Of a stretch of 64,000 bases of DNA, positions 27,701 through 37,174 are shown one piece after another. Position 1 is the stretch's first letter. The number at the start of each line of letters is the position of its first letter. This DNA is from a virus, in the IMG/VR virus record IMGVR_UViG_3300045988_098461, positions 1-64,000 of that record, one strand, 5' to 3'. A model generated the notes under the pieces. The model ran no database searches. It was given only the letters and a program-made list of their open reading frames with translations, and was not told where the DNA came from. The translations under genes were made by a program, and so were the position numbers.

Positions 27701-29908
27701 CGCTTGCTCTGCCTTTGTAAGTATTCCATTGAATGCCGCTCCTAACTTCTTTGATAAATCTTCATTGGTAAAAGCATCATAGATAGTCTTTGTTGCGCCA
27801 ATAACACCTGATACTTGTGTTTTGAATACATCAATAACAGTTTCACCAGCACCCTTAATTCCATCCCAAGTCTTTTTAAGACCAGCAGTAAAGGTGTCCC
27901 AGTCCATATTTAATACACCTTTAATGGTAGTTCCGAGACCTCCAATAAGATTTACCGCTGCTTTCACGGCAGTTTTGAACGTCTTTACGAAGTTATTACC
28001 GAAGTCACGAAGGGGAGCGTTTGGCTTTGTGAAGCACTTATACAAGTATTCTCCGAAGATAATCACAATATCTGTGATAGACTTAGCAAGAGAACCAAAG
28101 TAAGCCATCAGCTTTGTATAGACCTTCTGACCCTCTGCGGATTTAGTCATCCATGTATGCACCGCCTTGAAAGCAAGAGCGATTGCAGCAATTACCGCAC
28201 CCACAGGTGTTGCACACATTCCCCATAGAGCCTTTGTTACAGACTTGATGGCAGTAAGAGACCCCGTTACGGGAATACCAAGAGCCTTGAAAGCTTCACC
28301 GACCTTACCAATCTCACCTTGCAACTTACCATTGGCAGTCATTACATTAATGATTCCGTCTTTAAAATCATTGAGACCAGACTTTGCTTGTGTAAACTCC
28401 TCGCTAAAACGCTGACCAATGGAAGAGCCGCTTATCTTGGATTTTAGCTCATCAATAGGCTGTGTGATTTTATCCTTTATACTCTGCCCAAAATCAGAGA
28501 TATTTTGCAAGGAATCGGAAATCTGATTACGTAATCTGCCAATAAAAGTCTCTTCGTTCTTCTCACGAATAGCCTCTTGTAATACAGATATATTATTCTT
28601 CGTCTTTTCAATCTCAGATTGCAAATTTCCCAAATCCGCTTTCTGCTTATCACCAAGAGGCTTTCCGCTGAATTTATCGGTTTCCGCTTCAAGCTCCTGC
28701 AATCTTTGCTTACTCTCGTCAAGTTTATTATTAAGCTCAGATAGAGAAGTATCTTCTATATTGATGCTTACAGTTGAAGATGAAGAATCAGGTTGAACGA
28801 TAGCTTTTCCACCTTGTATCTGATTTGCAGCTTCAAGCAAGGTCGTGTACTCACGGAGGTCAGCATTAAGTCTTTGCTGCTCTCCACTCATTGCGTTTAT
28901 CTTAGATTGTAAAGAATCTATATTATCCTGCGCTACCTGTATAAGTTGATTATAGTAATTAGCACCTTGCCCAGATTGATTATCCTCAGAAGAGAGATTT
29001 GATATAGCTTCCTTATAGCTATTAATTTTCTCTTTCTGAATCTCTATTTTCTTTGTTGCCTCTTCAATATTCTTAGCATAATCAGTAGAGCCAAGCTTTT
29101 GCTGAATATCATTGATGGCTTGCTCATATAGTTTAATATCAGCTTTAAGTTCCTTTGTGCTTTCAGATTGCATTCGTTCAATCTCGGCACGACCCGAAGC
29201 AACGGAAATATACTGTTGCAAGGCTTCTGTAAGATGTTTGGTTGCTTCTACGTTCTGATTCTCAGCTTCGGCATTCTGTGTTGCCGCCTCGGCATTTGCT
29301 ACGTGTGCTGCCGCTTCTGCCGAGGTAGCAGTTGCCGCCGTTGTAGCCGTTGCTCCTACAGCAATATTCGTTGCAGATTGTACACTATTAGCACTTGTGC
29401 TTGCAACCGAGAAAGCACTTAATGCCTGATATGCACCATTTACCTGAGAGATAGAATTTCTAACACCATCATAAGATTCAACAAGGTCTTTTACATCACC
29501 TTTCGCCAATTCCAAAGAGTGCTTTTGAGCATCAATCTGCTTTGTAAGCGAACCGAATGCCTCTGAGCCCTTTTCTGTCTTAGCTAACTGCTCGTTAAGT
29601 TTACCGATAGTACCTTCAATGGTTTCTACTCGTCTATTGGCAGTATCAATCATTTCTGGTACTACCTGTATCCCCTTTGTGGCTTCATCCATAGCAGATT
29701 TAAGAACCTGCATAGCCTTGGTGGTCTTTGTCGCAAGGTCTTCATCGGATTGCGCCACATCGTTAAGTGCCTTATTCATTCTCTGAGATAAGGCTTCTGT
29801 ATCAACGCCGACACGATTCAAACCATCACAAAGCTTATCAAGTGATGCTTGAATATCGGAAATATCCATCTGTCCGCTGATTCCAAGTATTTCATCTGCT
29901 GCTGCCAT
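24764..29908 (-). CDS. tail tape measure protein
   Basis: 1714 aa, mostly coiled coil, with central hydrophobic/glycine-rich segments. Follows the chaperone pair. Confidence 0.85.
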   Translation of the reverse strand: MAAADEILGISGQMDISDIQASLDKLCDGLNRVGVDTEALSQRMNKALNDVAQSDEDLATKTTKAMQVLKSAMDEATKGIQVVPEMIDTANRRVETIEGTIGKLNEQLAKTEKGSEAFGSLTKQIDAQKHSLELAKGDVKDLVESYDGVRNSISQVNGAYQALSAFSVASTSANSVQSATNIAVGATATTAATATSAEAAAHVANAEAATQNAEAENQNVEATKHLTEALQQYISVASGRAEIERMQSESTKELKADIKLYEQAINDIQQKLGSTDYAKNIEEATKKIEIQKEKINSYKEAISNLSSEDNQSGQGANYYNQLIQVAQDNIDSLQSKINAMSGEQQRLNADLREYTTLLEAANQIQGGKAIVQPDSSSSTVSINIEDTSLSELNNKLDESKQRLQELEAETDKFSGKPLGDKQKADLGNLQSEIEKTKNNISVLQEAIREKNEETFIGRLRNQISDSLQNISDFGQSIKDKITQPIDELKSKISGSSIGQRFSEEFTQAKSGLNDFKDGIINVMTANGKLQGEIGKVGEAFKALGIPVTGSLTAIKSVTKALWGMCATPVGAVIAAIALAFKAVHTWMTKSAEGQKVYTKLMAYFGSLAKSITDIVIIFGEYLYKCFTKPNAPLRDFGNNFVKTFKTAVKAAVNLIGGLGTTIKGVLNMDWDTFTAGLKKTWDGIKGAGETVIDVFKTQVSGVIGATKTIYDAFTNEDLSKKLGAAFNGILTKAEQAASLAGKIQETQIAINKNKETQLKLDGKIADVRNKIYTLQGKEKIAAIEEAKALVKQKYDFQIKQQQQLVELHEKQAKLHTQSLKDIAAERELRMQVLRTQVQQNSEQRMLIRQEAAAKRSLANKAKSDAKKDATQQKQINSAEGKLDDVIYKNAYERAKAWQSLEQEVTDAKIKAMKEGEEKVIAERKRELSKEIEQIEERKNAAIKAERDRQKAEFDAQQSVIKAKGGKAETWDDKNHLDSKNIQKITEQYTIIEQKTVELYNNEIYADELKSYREYLKEYGNLEQQKLAIVEEYNEKIKEARAKGNIFEEAKLKTDLEEQLKKLNFNDFKDSINWDSVFSDMGRLSKSYLEDLRKKLKDLLGSGTLDIDDMKVVSEQIGKIDDAISEQTDKWGWSNEKVREYNRLLQEAADAQERLRKATVEQYNAQEQQSSTKIAIQKVFAETGVSVSTNKITSQNKSALFNENKMNLSNEQLEKLKKLFDELAVSEVKVGKATKDVKKAQEDANVSQDKARKSIKQIANEWAESIGNVAKKLQEASELIDVLGFGDSDLGKKLKSGADAFNKGSQAASDFATGNYIGAAINGIGAIKSLGSAFGIGNGSNAKEVAETTNRLTESNERLQYSIEQLKSSIDKTSGMSAVSNYQKAYDAQKQINKQSMEILQAQMGYHGSHHSNAYYWNLSAQDYAAINRTLAQQSAVRGGYVNSTISKVNSLEDIYKLTPEQMKDIRTYNQDVWKNMTDQGKYDKTEYWENYTDLAEKLEELTDKINQNLTQTTFDSLKDNFISNLMDMSKSAQDFANDFTTMLNKSMLNFAVDDIANKRLKVLYEKWADKMKQGQLSDDDLNALKKEYDNIVNEGLKIRDNIAAITGYKEAQSQQTATGKAIEAITADQASSLIGIGYAVQIAQEQGNEVRKAIAVDVSFLRIYAEQTYNNISEMRDIQYQGLQQLEAINKNTAPIILIREDIASMYKLMKDKY

Positions 29909-29932
29909 ATTGTTTGCTTATTTATGTGATTA

Positions 29933-30142
29933 TTACATCATGCCCATAAAGAAATCATTAGCAGAAATTGACTTATCTATCTTATGATACTCTTTTTGTG
30001 GCTTCTTTTGCTGTCTGCTGCCTTTTCTCGGTTCATCCTTGGTATTTGTATTAAAGGGCGGAATCGAGCGGTTAAGCAGAATAATATTAAGGTATGAGCG
30101 ATTAAATACGACCTCCTCGTAACTCATACGAAAGTACTTCAT
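29933..30142 (-). CDS. tail assembly chaperone, distal part (position-based)
   Basis: 69-aa ORF with TAATG overlap to the upstream chaperone ORF. Confidence 0.45.
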   Translation of the reverse strand: MKYFRMSYEEVVFNRSYLNIILLNRSIPPFNTNTKDEPRKGSRQQKKPQKEYHKIDKSISANDFFMGMM

Positions 30143-30588
30143 TACTTCTCCGATTGTTGCCCACGGGGAGTCGTTTTCGGCTCCGTCATTATCTTCGTCT
30201 GAGTTAGGAAAGTTATAGAGGTTAAGAAAAAATTTGCATTGAAAGAACCACTTATAAACTTCACAAGCTCATTGAATGCCATAATATCAAGGTGCTTGCG
30301 TATATATCGCCCCCATACCTTGCGTGCCCACTTCTTTCGAAAGGCGCACACGATAAAAATCTCGCTCATTAAACGAGCCGTCTCAGAGTGCTCAAACAAA
30401 AGAGGGATGATATTCATCATATCGCCTTCTTTCCATGTTGGTTCTTTGATAGAGTTACCGAATACACCCATTTCATAAATCTGCATAAAGGTAAGTGGCT
30501 TCACTTTAAAGCGAAACATACCAACCTTAATCTTTACAGATGCCTCGGAAAGCGTTTTTGCTACCTTTTCCTTATCTGATGTTTTCAT
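30142..30588 (-). CDS. tail assembly chaperone (position-based)
   Basis: 148-aa ORF between the major tail gene and the tape measure. Confidence 0.5.
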   Translation of the reverse strand: MKTSDKEKVAKTLSEASVKIKVGMFRFKVKPLTFMQIYEMGVFGNSIKEPTWKEGDMMNIIPLLFEHSETARLMSEIFIVCAFRKKWARKVWGRYIRKHLDIMAFNELVKFISGSFNANFFLTSITFLTQTKIMTEPKTTPRGQQSEK

Positions 30589-30611
30589 ATCAAAATATGT
30601 TTTATAACATA

Positions 30612-30656
30612 AAAAGCGGTGCGGCTTGGGAAAGTTCCCTTACCTCACCGCCTTTT
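30612..30656. terminator. hairpin/attenuator after the major tail gene
   Basis: AAAAGCGGTG...CACCGCCTTTT with flanking A/T runs. Confidence 0.5.
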
Positions 30657-30696
30657 GAAGTTTAATTTTAAATCATATAAAAGATAAAAGCTTTAC

Positions 30697-31266
30697 TTAC
30701 TTCACAATAGCCGCAGCACTAATATCCTTTGTGAGGATATTGCGATGACCGCTCTTCTTGTCACCCTTTGCATCGAATACCGCCATCTGACGGAACTCAA
30801 TGTTAAGATTAGGAAGTCCACTCTTACCGATAGAACCACTGCGAGTGATTGTAAGTTTCATCTTAGACCACTGGAAGGTACGAGAAGGAATATCATCCAA
30901 ATATTTTGTTACAATCTGTACAGCCTTGTAAATCTCGGTTTCTTGCGGAAGCTCATTCAACCAAGCATCCTTACCACCAGTACCAGAATCCTTTGTGTAA
31001 CCAAGAAGCTTCGTAAAGTTTTCTTCTGAGAAATCGTATGTCTGCAAGGTAAAGCCCTTTGTTGCTGCTGATGTGGTCAGCACTGCGTAAGGGTCTTCTG
31101 AATCCTCAACCTCTACATCCGATGTCTGTGCTGCCTGGTCGTTAAAACTCAAGCTACCAGAAACGACAGCCTTAATTTTGTCGCTCCATGTTGTTGGGTA
31201 GCCGCCATTTTCGACACAATCGGCAAAACGGAAGCTTTCCAAGCCATATACACCATTCTTTGCCAT
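30697..31266 (-). CDS. major tail protein (position-based)
   Basis: 189-aa ORF upstream of the chaperones, followed by a hairpin typical of highly expressed tail tube genes. Confidence 0.55.
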   Translation of the reverse strand: MAKNGVYGLESFRFADCVENGGYPTTWSDKIKAVVSGSLSFNDQAAQTSDVEVEDSEDPYAVLTTSAATKGFTLQTYDFSEENFTKLLGYTKDSGTGGKDAWLNELPQETEIYKAVQIVTKYLDDIPSRTFQWSKMKLTITRSGSIGKSGLPNLNIEFRQMAVFDAKGDKKSGHRNILTKDISAAAIVK

Positions 31267-31270
31267 AGTT

Positions 31271-31675
31271 TTATTCTTTTAAATTATTATACGTTACATT
31301 AAATTTCATATTGATGTAATAAGTGTTATCACTATCACGAGTAGGGCGAGAGATAGAATAGAAATCGAAGTAACAGCCACCGAGGTAAGTACCGTCACCA
31401 AACAGAGAAAGAATCTTCTCCGAGTAATCAGAGAGCTTCTTTATGTTAGGTAGATTTGATAAGGTCTTAGGGCAATGAATATTCAAATTCACTACACCCT
31501 CATTAATAGCATCACTATACACAAAGGGAAGATGATTGATTGCGATATAATCACAAACCGCCAACTTCTCGGGTATCTCATATTTAAAGATACGACCTTT
31601 CTTTATGCCTATTCTCTCAACATTATCATTGAGATACTTAAATAATGCCGTAACGGCTGTATCACCGAGTATCAT
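31271..31675 (-). CDS. tail terminator/neck protein (position-based)
   Basis: 134-aa ORF between the gp10-like gene and the major tail gene. Confidence 0.35.
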   Translation of the reverse strand: MILGDTAVTALFKYLNDNVERIGIKKGRIFKYEIPEKLAVCDYIAINHLPFVYSDAINEGVVNLNIHCPKTLSNLPNIKKLSDYSEKILSLFGDGTYLGGCYFDFYSISRPTRDSDNTYYINMKFNVTYNNLKE

Positions 31676-31677
31676 AT

Positions 31678-32157
31678 CTAACTATCGCTTTTAATCATTT
31701 CAGCTACTTCTTCAAAAATCTTCTTCATTTCGTCACGAAGGAAATACTTTGTAAGGTGTAAGACATTGTAACCTTTATCCTCTACATGTTTTCCGTAATT
31801 CATACCAGCAACAATGACGAGAGAGTACCCTTTGGGTGCTACTACCCCTTCTTTCTGTGCATACTCACTGAGTGCAGCACTTACGCCTTCCTGTCCTCCT
31901 TCCGCTTCTTCTGCCTTTGGAATCTTACCAACTGCCGAGGTGATGAGTTGACCATCAAGGTAGAGAGCGAAAGAAATTGAGTTCTTTAAATTTGCAGTTC
32001 GGTCTTGATAACCTTTATTTTCTTTGGAAAAGGTGACCGCTTCTTCGGCAAGTTGCATCAAACGCATATTAAGGTAGCTGATAATCTGCTACCTCTTTTC
32101 ATTCAACCTTTTCTGTAAGGCTTCACGACCTTTGATTTGTAATTCAACCTTTGCCAT
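31678..32157 (-). CDS. HK97-gp10-like neck/tail-completion protein interrupted by in-frame TAG (codon 23)
   Basis: ATG 32157, TAG at 32089-32091, same frame as track ORF 31678..32067. Full length aligns residue for residue with the intact paralogue 53008..53484, including the 22 aa before the TAG. Confidence 0.6.
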
Positions 32158-32168
32158 ATTACCGCCTA

Positions 32169-32504
32169 TTAGAGCCAAATTCTAAGATAGCGTTTTTTTA
32201 AGGTTACGAAGCCTTTAACCTCCATTTCCTTATCAATCGTGCCATCTTTCTTGGTTATCCAAACCTTTTCGCCTTCCTTCGGTATGAGAGGGTATTTTGC
32301 TTTTGAGAGAGGAGCATAGATTTCGTGTGAATACACGTACTGCTGCCCGTCTGCCAGAGTGATAATCTTCGCCTGCGAATTAGGCAAAATAACGCACTTT
32401 CCAAAGGTTTGCCATTCTCCTTCGGGCTGTTCGATAGGATTTCCGTCCTCATCAAAGCCATCTTGTGGAGCACCTTTTACTTTAAGTATATCTTCAAAGT
32501 TCAT
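32169..32504 (-). CDS. head-tail joining protein (position-based)
   Basis: 111-aa ORF in the connector region. Confidence 0.4.
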   Translation of the reverse strand: MNFEDILKVKGAPQDGFDEDGNPIEQPEGEWQTFGKCVILPNSQAKIITLADGQQYVYSHEIYAPLSKAKYPLIPKEGEKVWITKKDGTIDKEMEVKGFVTLKKRYLRIWL

Positions 32505-32519
32505 ACGCTATCTATATGA

Positions 32520-32873
32520 TTACCATACCTTCACACTCTGAACCCAATAATCATCAGAAGTACTATCAATAACAAGGTCAGCATCCAATCCAGCATCCTT
32601 CGCAATAGATTTAATCATCTTATCAATAAGATTCTTGTCGTTCTTGTAACTCTGAGAGATACCGCCAACATTCTCACTTGATAATGGATTCATCTTGTAG
32701 AGGATACGCATAGCCGCATAGGCTACGGGTTTCTTTACCGATACAGAGTATTCATCAGCCACGGATGCCGTGATGCTAAACTTATCAGTAGCATCAATAA
32801 ACATCTTCTCCAAGGTCTCATCTGAGGTAGAGAAAGGCTGAATCTCGCTTGCTATGGCTTCTGAAATTGTCAT
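32520..32873 (-). CDS. head-tail connector/adaptor (position-based)
   Basis: 117-aa ORF directly downstream of the capsid gene. Confidence 0.4.
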   Translation of the reverse strand: MTISEAIASEIQPFSTSDETLEKMFIDATDKFSITASVADEYSVSVKKPVAYAAMRILYKMNPLSSENVGGISQSYKNDKNLIDKMIKSIAKDAGLDADLVIDSTSDDYWVQSVKVW

Positions 32874-32940
32874 GCTAATCTTGTTATTTTATGAAGTTTC
32901 ACTTATTAAATCAAAATATCCATAACTGAGGGTCAGTGCA

Positions 32941-34035
32941 TTAAGCACCAACCTTCAAGATAAAGAAGTCTTCGATACCATCGAATACTGGTTGCATCCA
33001 CATTTCGTTGGTAAGGTGATAACCCTTCTTATCTCTCCAATAACCGATAAGGTTGTTATCGTATGTAGAGTAAGAAACGCCATCAACTGGGTCAATAGCC
33101 TCCAAGCACTCTGCGCACTTAGGTACAGCCACCTTATCGGCACACATCGCAACAACTCGGTTATCTGGGATAAGGTTAAAGACTGTCTTGTCAGGCAGCT
33201 CAACAAACTTATCTTCATCAATCTGAATTGTTGGCAAGAGGATAGAGCGCAGATAGATATTCATCTGGTCAACGCTAATCATCGGTGCAGTAGGATTGAT
33301 GGTAATCTGACCGAGGTTCAAGCGGAAGGTGTCCTTAATCTCCTTTGCCTTACACATTGCGAAGAATGTGTTCTCAGACATACGAAGACGCAGAATCTTA
33401 CGACCCTTTTTGCGAGCCTCGTCCTTCAACTTCTTAATATCCTCAATAGGAGTTGCGTTCTCCATTCCCCAATTTGTGGTAGCAGAAAGCTGCTTAACAC
33501 CCAAATTAAAGGTATAAGATACGTTAGCCTTAGAGTTATTGGTACGTGATACAGTCTGAGTACCCTTGAACAATCCCTCGAAGTACAACATATCAATACG
33601 CTTATGAGGAGAGATAACCGCCAACTCAAAAGGTTTGAATGAGTACTTGATAAGTTCATCGTACTTAGCATTGAGCTGTGACTGTGTATAACCGCCACGT
33701 CCCGACATATCATTAAACTTACCCTCCAAGAGGTGCATCTGTTCGAGGTAATCGTTATCAAGCTCCCACTCATCGGCGATACGACCGATAGAGCCAGTAA
33801 GCTGACCCCAATCAGGCATAGTATGCAATGGACGCTCTGCGTTCTTAGCGACAACAGAACCAACCATAGCAGCAGCATAGGTAGCCATATTTGCCTGATA
33901 TACCTTTGCAGCACAATACTCAACAGGCTTCAACTCGTTCTTCCACTCAGCCTTGTAGGTGGAAGTCTTCATGTATTCGTCAATGTAGGTCTGAAAAGAC
34001 TTTGGGTCTTGCAGATTCTTCAAAATACTATTCAT
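32941..34035 (-). CDS. major capsid protein
   Basis: 364-aa ORF after the scaffold and decoration-position genes. Size and order match lambda E-like capsid modules. Confidence 0.75.
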   Translation of the reverse strand: MNSILKNLQDPKSFQTYIDEYMKTSTYKAEWKNELKPVEYCAAKVYQANMATYAAAMVGSVVAKNAERPLHTMPDWGQLTGSIGRIADEWELDNDYLEQMHLLEGKFNDMSGRGGYTQSQLNAKYDELIKYSFKPFELAVISPHKRIDMLYFEGLFKGTQTVSRTNNSKANVSYTFNLGVKQLSATTNWGMENATPIEDIKKLKDEARKKGRKILRLRMSENTFFAMCKAKEIKDTFRLNLGQITINPTAPMISVDQMNIYLRSILLPTIQIDEDKFVELPDKTVFNLIPDNRVVAMCADKVAVPKCAECLEAIDPVDGVSYSTYDNNLIGYWRDKKGYHLTNEMWMQPVFDGIEDFFILKVGA

Positions 34036-34060
34036 AATCTATAATCTCCACTTTTAAAGG

Positions 34061-34639
34061 TTACTGAATCTTAAACAAAGCGATACCATTTGCTCTGATA
34101 CCTTCCTTAATCTCATCATTGATAGGATAAGGGAGTGAATCTTCCTCTACCTCCATTACCTGTAAGGTAGGAGTAGCTGCGATAGAAGACTCTTGGTCTC
34201 TTACATCGAGAGTATCATATGAGAAGCCAAGAAGTACGTCCTTGGTCTTATCGTAATCCGATACAATCGCATTTGCGGCAACTTCGTTAGCGAGTTCTGA
34301 TACAGTTAATGTATCTACACCATCGGAAGAAGTAATTGCCGAAATGGTCGCACCAGCAATCTTATCATTAACCTGGAATAAAGAACCACTAGCAATCTTT
34401 AAGGTTGTAGCAGCCTTGGCTGCTTTTTCTGTGACCTTTGCAGTCTTTACAACCTGTGCCTTACCACCAGTTACAAGTCTGAGAACTGTACCCTTCGCTA
34501 CAAACTTTAAAGTAGCTGGAAGGTTGGTGCGGTCGAGGTCATAACCACCTTGTCGGCGAAGGCACTGCTCTTCAAGCCAAAGTGCTTCCTTGATATCCTC
34601 TGGCTTGGTTCTATGCAAAAAATAGCCTCTGTTTGACAT
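34061..34639 (-). CDS. head protein in decoration position (hypothetical)
   Basis: 192-aa ORF between the scaffold and the capsid gene. Confidence 0.35.
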   Translation of the reverse strand: MSNRGYFLHRTKPEDIKEALWLEEQCLRRQGGYDLDRTNLPATLKFVAKGTVLRLVTGGKAQVVKTAKVTEKAAKAATTLKIASGSLFQVNDKIAGATISAITSSDGVDTLTVSELANEVAANAIVSDYDKTKDVLLGFSYDTLDVRDQESSIAATPTLQVMEVEEDSLPYPINDEIKEGIRANGIALFKIQ

Positions 34640-34684
34640 AATTTTCTTCTTTTAAAGAGTTTAACATAATTCATTGATAATGCC

Positions 34685-35371
34685 TTACTCCTTTGGAGCA
34701 TTACGCTCCGAGAAGCCTTGCATTTTTGTAATGAAATCATTCTGCTCGTCTTCGGGAGAGGTTGCCTTGGGTGCTTCAACAAAATTGCCGTTTGCTACAA
34801 GTGACTGCTTCAATGCTGTCCAATCATCGGCACATTGCTGTGCGAGAGTTTCAAGATTCTCTTCCTTGTCGAGCTGATAACGTGAACGGAACTGCTGCGG
34901 AACGTCCTTCAATTTTTCGCTCTTACCGAAAAGGTCATCAAGACGTGCTCTTTCTTCCTTTTCCTTGTATGGGGCAATGGCGGCGGCTACAGCTTCGCTA
35001 ACTGCTTTCTGGGTACTTTTGGTAGCCTCGGCAATCATCTGCTGAACCTGCTCTTGCGTAAGCCCTGTTGGAGGTACTGGAGGGGTAGGAGGAACTGGTG
35101 GAGTAGGCTTATGGTTAGGGTCGTTAGGGTCAATCCATCCATCGAATTTCTTCGTTGTTTCACTGACCGCACGATTGAATGATGATTGCATCATACCAAC
35201 ATAAGGTTCAACTGCCGAGATAGCACTCGTTACATCCTCGTCCTTTGACTCATCTGTTAGACCACGACTTGCAACAATCAGGTCAACCAGCTTTGAAAGT
35301 TCATCCTTCTTCAAACCATACTTTGCAAATGATGTTTTGGCAGAAGCAAGCACTTTTTCTTTTATTGTCAT
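34685..35371 (-). CDS. scaffolding protein candidate
   Basis: 228 aa, helical and acidic, with PTPPVPPTPPVPPT linker. Immediately upstream of the capsid genes. Confidence 0.55.
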   Translation of the reverse strand: MTIKEKVLASAKTSFAKYGLKKDELSKLVDLIVASRGLTDESKDEDVTSAISAVEPYVGMMQSSFNRAVSETTKKFDGWIDPNDPNHKPTPPVPPTPPVPPTGLTQEQVQQMIAEATKSTQKAVSEAVAAAIAPYKEKEERARLDDLFGKSEKLKDVPQQFRSRYQLDKEENLETLAQQCADDWTALKQSLVANGNFVEAPKATSPEDEQNDFITKMQGFSERNAPKE

Positions 35372-35415
35372 AGTAATTCTGTTTTAAACGTTAATAAATA
35401 AATAATTTCTGATTG

Positions 35416-35423
35416 CAAAATTA
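35416..35423 (-). promoter_or_regulatory. -7 box (TAATTTTG) upstream of the scaffold/capsid operon
   Basis: Reverse complement TAATTTTG about 45 nt upstream of ATG 35371. Confidence 0.4.
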
Positions 35424-35575
35424 CTATTTCTATTAGTAAAATAATAATAAATAATAAAAGCTGTGTAAACAAATGCTATTTTTGACGATTTTCTTGCGGT
35501 CTAAGCGGCTTTCTTTTAGTTTATGTATAGTTATTAAGAAACAAAAATAAAAGGCAAGATAGCCAATATTCTTGG

Positions 35576-35932
35576 TTACTTTGCCTTGCGTTGTATCAAA
35601 TCTATCTTTGCCTTAACCTTCTTCGGATTCCTAGCATCGTGATTACTCAATCTTACCACATGATACCCAAGCCGCCATATACCCGAAGAGCGGTTACCAT
35701 CCTTGCGCTTTTGGTCTTTAGTAAAATGATAACCACCATCGAGCTCAATAATCGTTTTTATCTCGGGCAGATATATATCAGCGAAGTATAGCTTTCTGCC
35801 CGTGACTATCGGCTGCTGTGGTATCACCTTATATCCTAACAGAGTGCAGATTTTCGCCGCAGCCTTCTCCGCATCGGTTGTATGTGAAAGTAGGTCGCAG
35901 CGAATCTGATATATGAGTTTCTTGGATAGCAT
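35576..35932 (-). CDS. DUF559/Vsr-like endonuclease-fold protein
   Basis: ADIYLPEIKTIIELDGGYHF...GYHVVRLSNHD matches the DUF559 restriction-endonuclease-like core. Confidence 0.65.
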   Translation of the reverse strand: MLSKKLIYQIRCDLLSHTTDAEKAAAKICTLLGYKVIPQQPIVTGRKLYFADIYLPEIKTIIELDGGYHFTKDQKRKDGNRSSGIWRLGYHVVRLSNHDARNPKKVKAKIDLIQRKAK

Positions 35933-36402
35933 TATTTATAATACTTTTTGAAATTTTCTTCGTTTGCGAAGTATTTTCCTGTAGTAGATGTTACTTCTTG
36001 CTTGAATTTTTTAACGCCATTAGCTAGTTTATTAAACTTATCTTTTGGCATAGCACTCTTAATAATAGATACGAATGCTTCGTGCGCTTTATCTGTTACA
36101 TTCGGCTTTAATATGGCATTAAAAATGCTTCTATCATCGCTGAAATTTATATTTCCAGAGATATTTTCTCCATGATTTATCGCACTCATAATTTTCGTTA
36201 CATCGTACGTTGCATTTTTGAGGAGTTGATACAAATCTTGTTTATCATATTCACTCAAATTGCTTATAGCACTATTTGGCGAGTTTGTCTTCAAGACTAT
36301 ATTTTCATTTGTCCCTCCCCCGATTGCGCTCTGCGCAAAGGTTCTGCTTGCGGCAGCATTTGCGCTGCTCACGGTTCTTGTACCGCCACTTGCCTTACTC
36401 AT
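35932..36402 (-). CDS. hypothetical head-module protein with conserved N-terminal tag
   Basis: N-terminus MSKASGGTRTVSSANAAASRT is paralogous to the N-terminus of 61297..61689. Confidence 0.5.
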   Translation of the reverse strand: MSKASGGTRTVSSANAAASRTFAQSAIGGGTNENIVLKTNSPNSAISNLSEYDKQDLYQLLKNATYDVTKIMSAINHGENISGNINFSDDRSIFNAILKPNVTDKAHEAFVSIIKSAMPKDKFNKLANGVKKFKQEVTSTTGKYFANEENFKKYYK

Positions 36403-36536
36403 AATCTTTATATTTTTAAATGTTAAACTTATTTTTTCGATGCAAAGATACTATTTATATACCAGATATTGAGTACCTTTGAAACTTCCCGTCTAAACTA
36501 TTTACCCATCTTCTCCGCTCTTTTTCTTTCCAATCT

Positions 36537-36656
36537 TTAAAGATGCTTGATATGTCGCTTCTTCTTTTGCTCTCGCTGCGCAGGTGTTAGCATAAAGTAA
36601 GCCTGCGTCTTAGTCATTACCTTAATGATAACGTCTTGCACCTTCGAGTATTTCAT
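36537..36656 (-). CDS. small basic protein (hypothetical)
   Basis: 39-aa ORF with ATGA overlap to the upstream stop. Confidence 0.3.
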   Translation of the reverse strand: MKYSKVQDVIIKVMTKTQAYFMLTPAQREQKKKRHIKHL

Positions 36657-37174
36657 TTGCTCTTCTTTATCATATCTATCTCATCCTGTAGATAGAAGAT
36701 TGCTTTGCTCAAATCCTGCACTCTCTGTTCTCGCTCTGAAAGGTTCATTTCCTTCTTTCCCTTGCATAAAAGATACTTTACTGCCGAGCCGCAGTTAAAA
36801 TCAAGGTGTCGGCAAATATCAATCGGCTCTATGCCGCAGAGTTCCTTTAGCCAAGCGTAATGGTTAGGGTGATTAACCATTTCTTCCTTTTCCTCTGTGA
36901 CAATAGTACCATTTTTTGCAATCTCTTCAAACTGAATTGGAATATTCTTTCTATATACAAGATTGTATTCGTCTGGTATAATATTGCATCCTACAATACA
37001 TCTACCTACCTTGATAACTTTCAATCTGAGAGGGCAAATATTGGCTAGCGAAAATCTTTCTTCTCCGATGTTATAAACGTAAACTTCTAGTCTATCATTT
37101 ACATGGACTACCATACTAGGCTCTATTGGTAAGGTAAATACCAACCCTTCACGTATCTTCATTGATTCTATCAT
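36653..37174 (-). CDS. DUF3310-like protein
   Basis: C-terminal VNHPNHYAWLKELCGIEPIDICRHLDFNCGSAVKYLLCKGKK resembles the DUF3310 signature. Confidence 0.55.
   Translation of the reverse strand: MIESMKIREGLVFTLPIEPSMVVHVNDRLEVYVYNIGEERFSLANICPLRLKVIKVGRCIVGCNIIPDEYNLVYRKNIPIQFEEIAKNGTIVTEEKEEMVNHPNHYAWLKELCGIEPIDICRHLDFNCGSAVKYLLCKGKKEMNLSEREQRVQDLSKAIFYLQDEIDMIKKSK

Noticed and set aside
24764-29908. Many 60-120-aa ORFs antisense to or overlapping the tape measure, tail fibre, portal and MuF genes (also 131..568, antisense to the repressor)
   Set aside because: They lie entirely inside long ORFs with strong domain evidence on the other strand or in another frame, and have biased low-complexity compositions typical of shadow ORFs.
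29933-30588. Canonical -1 frameshift (G/GT-type) in the tail assembly chaperone pair
   Set aside because: The two ORFs are joined by a TAATG stop/start overlap, and I found no XXXYYYZ heptamer near the 3' end of the first ORF. Frameshifting cannot be excluded, but the sequence read here does not support it.
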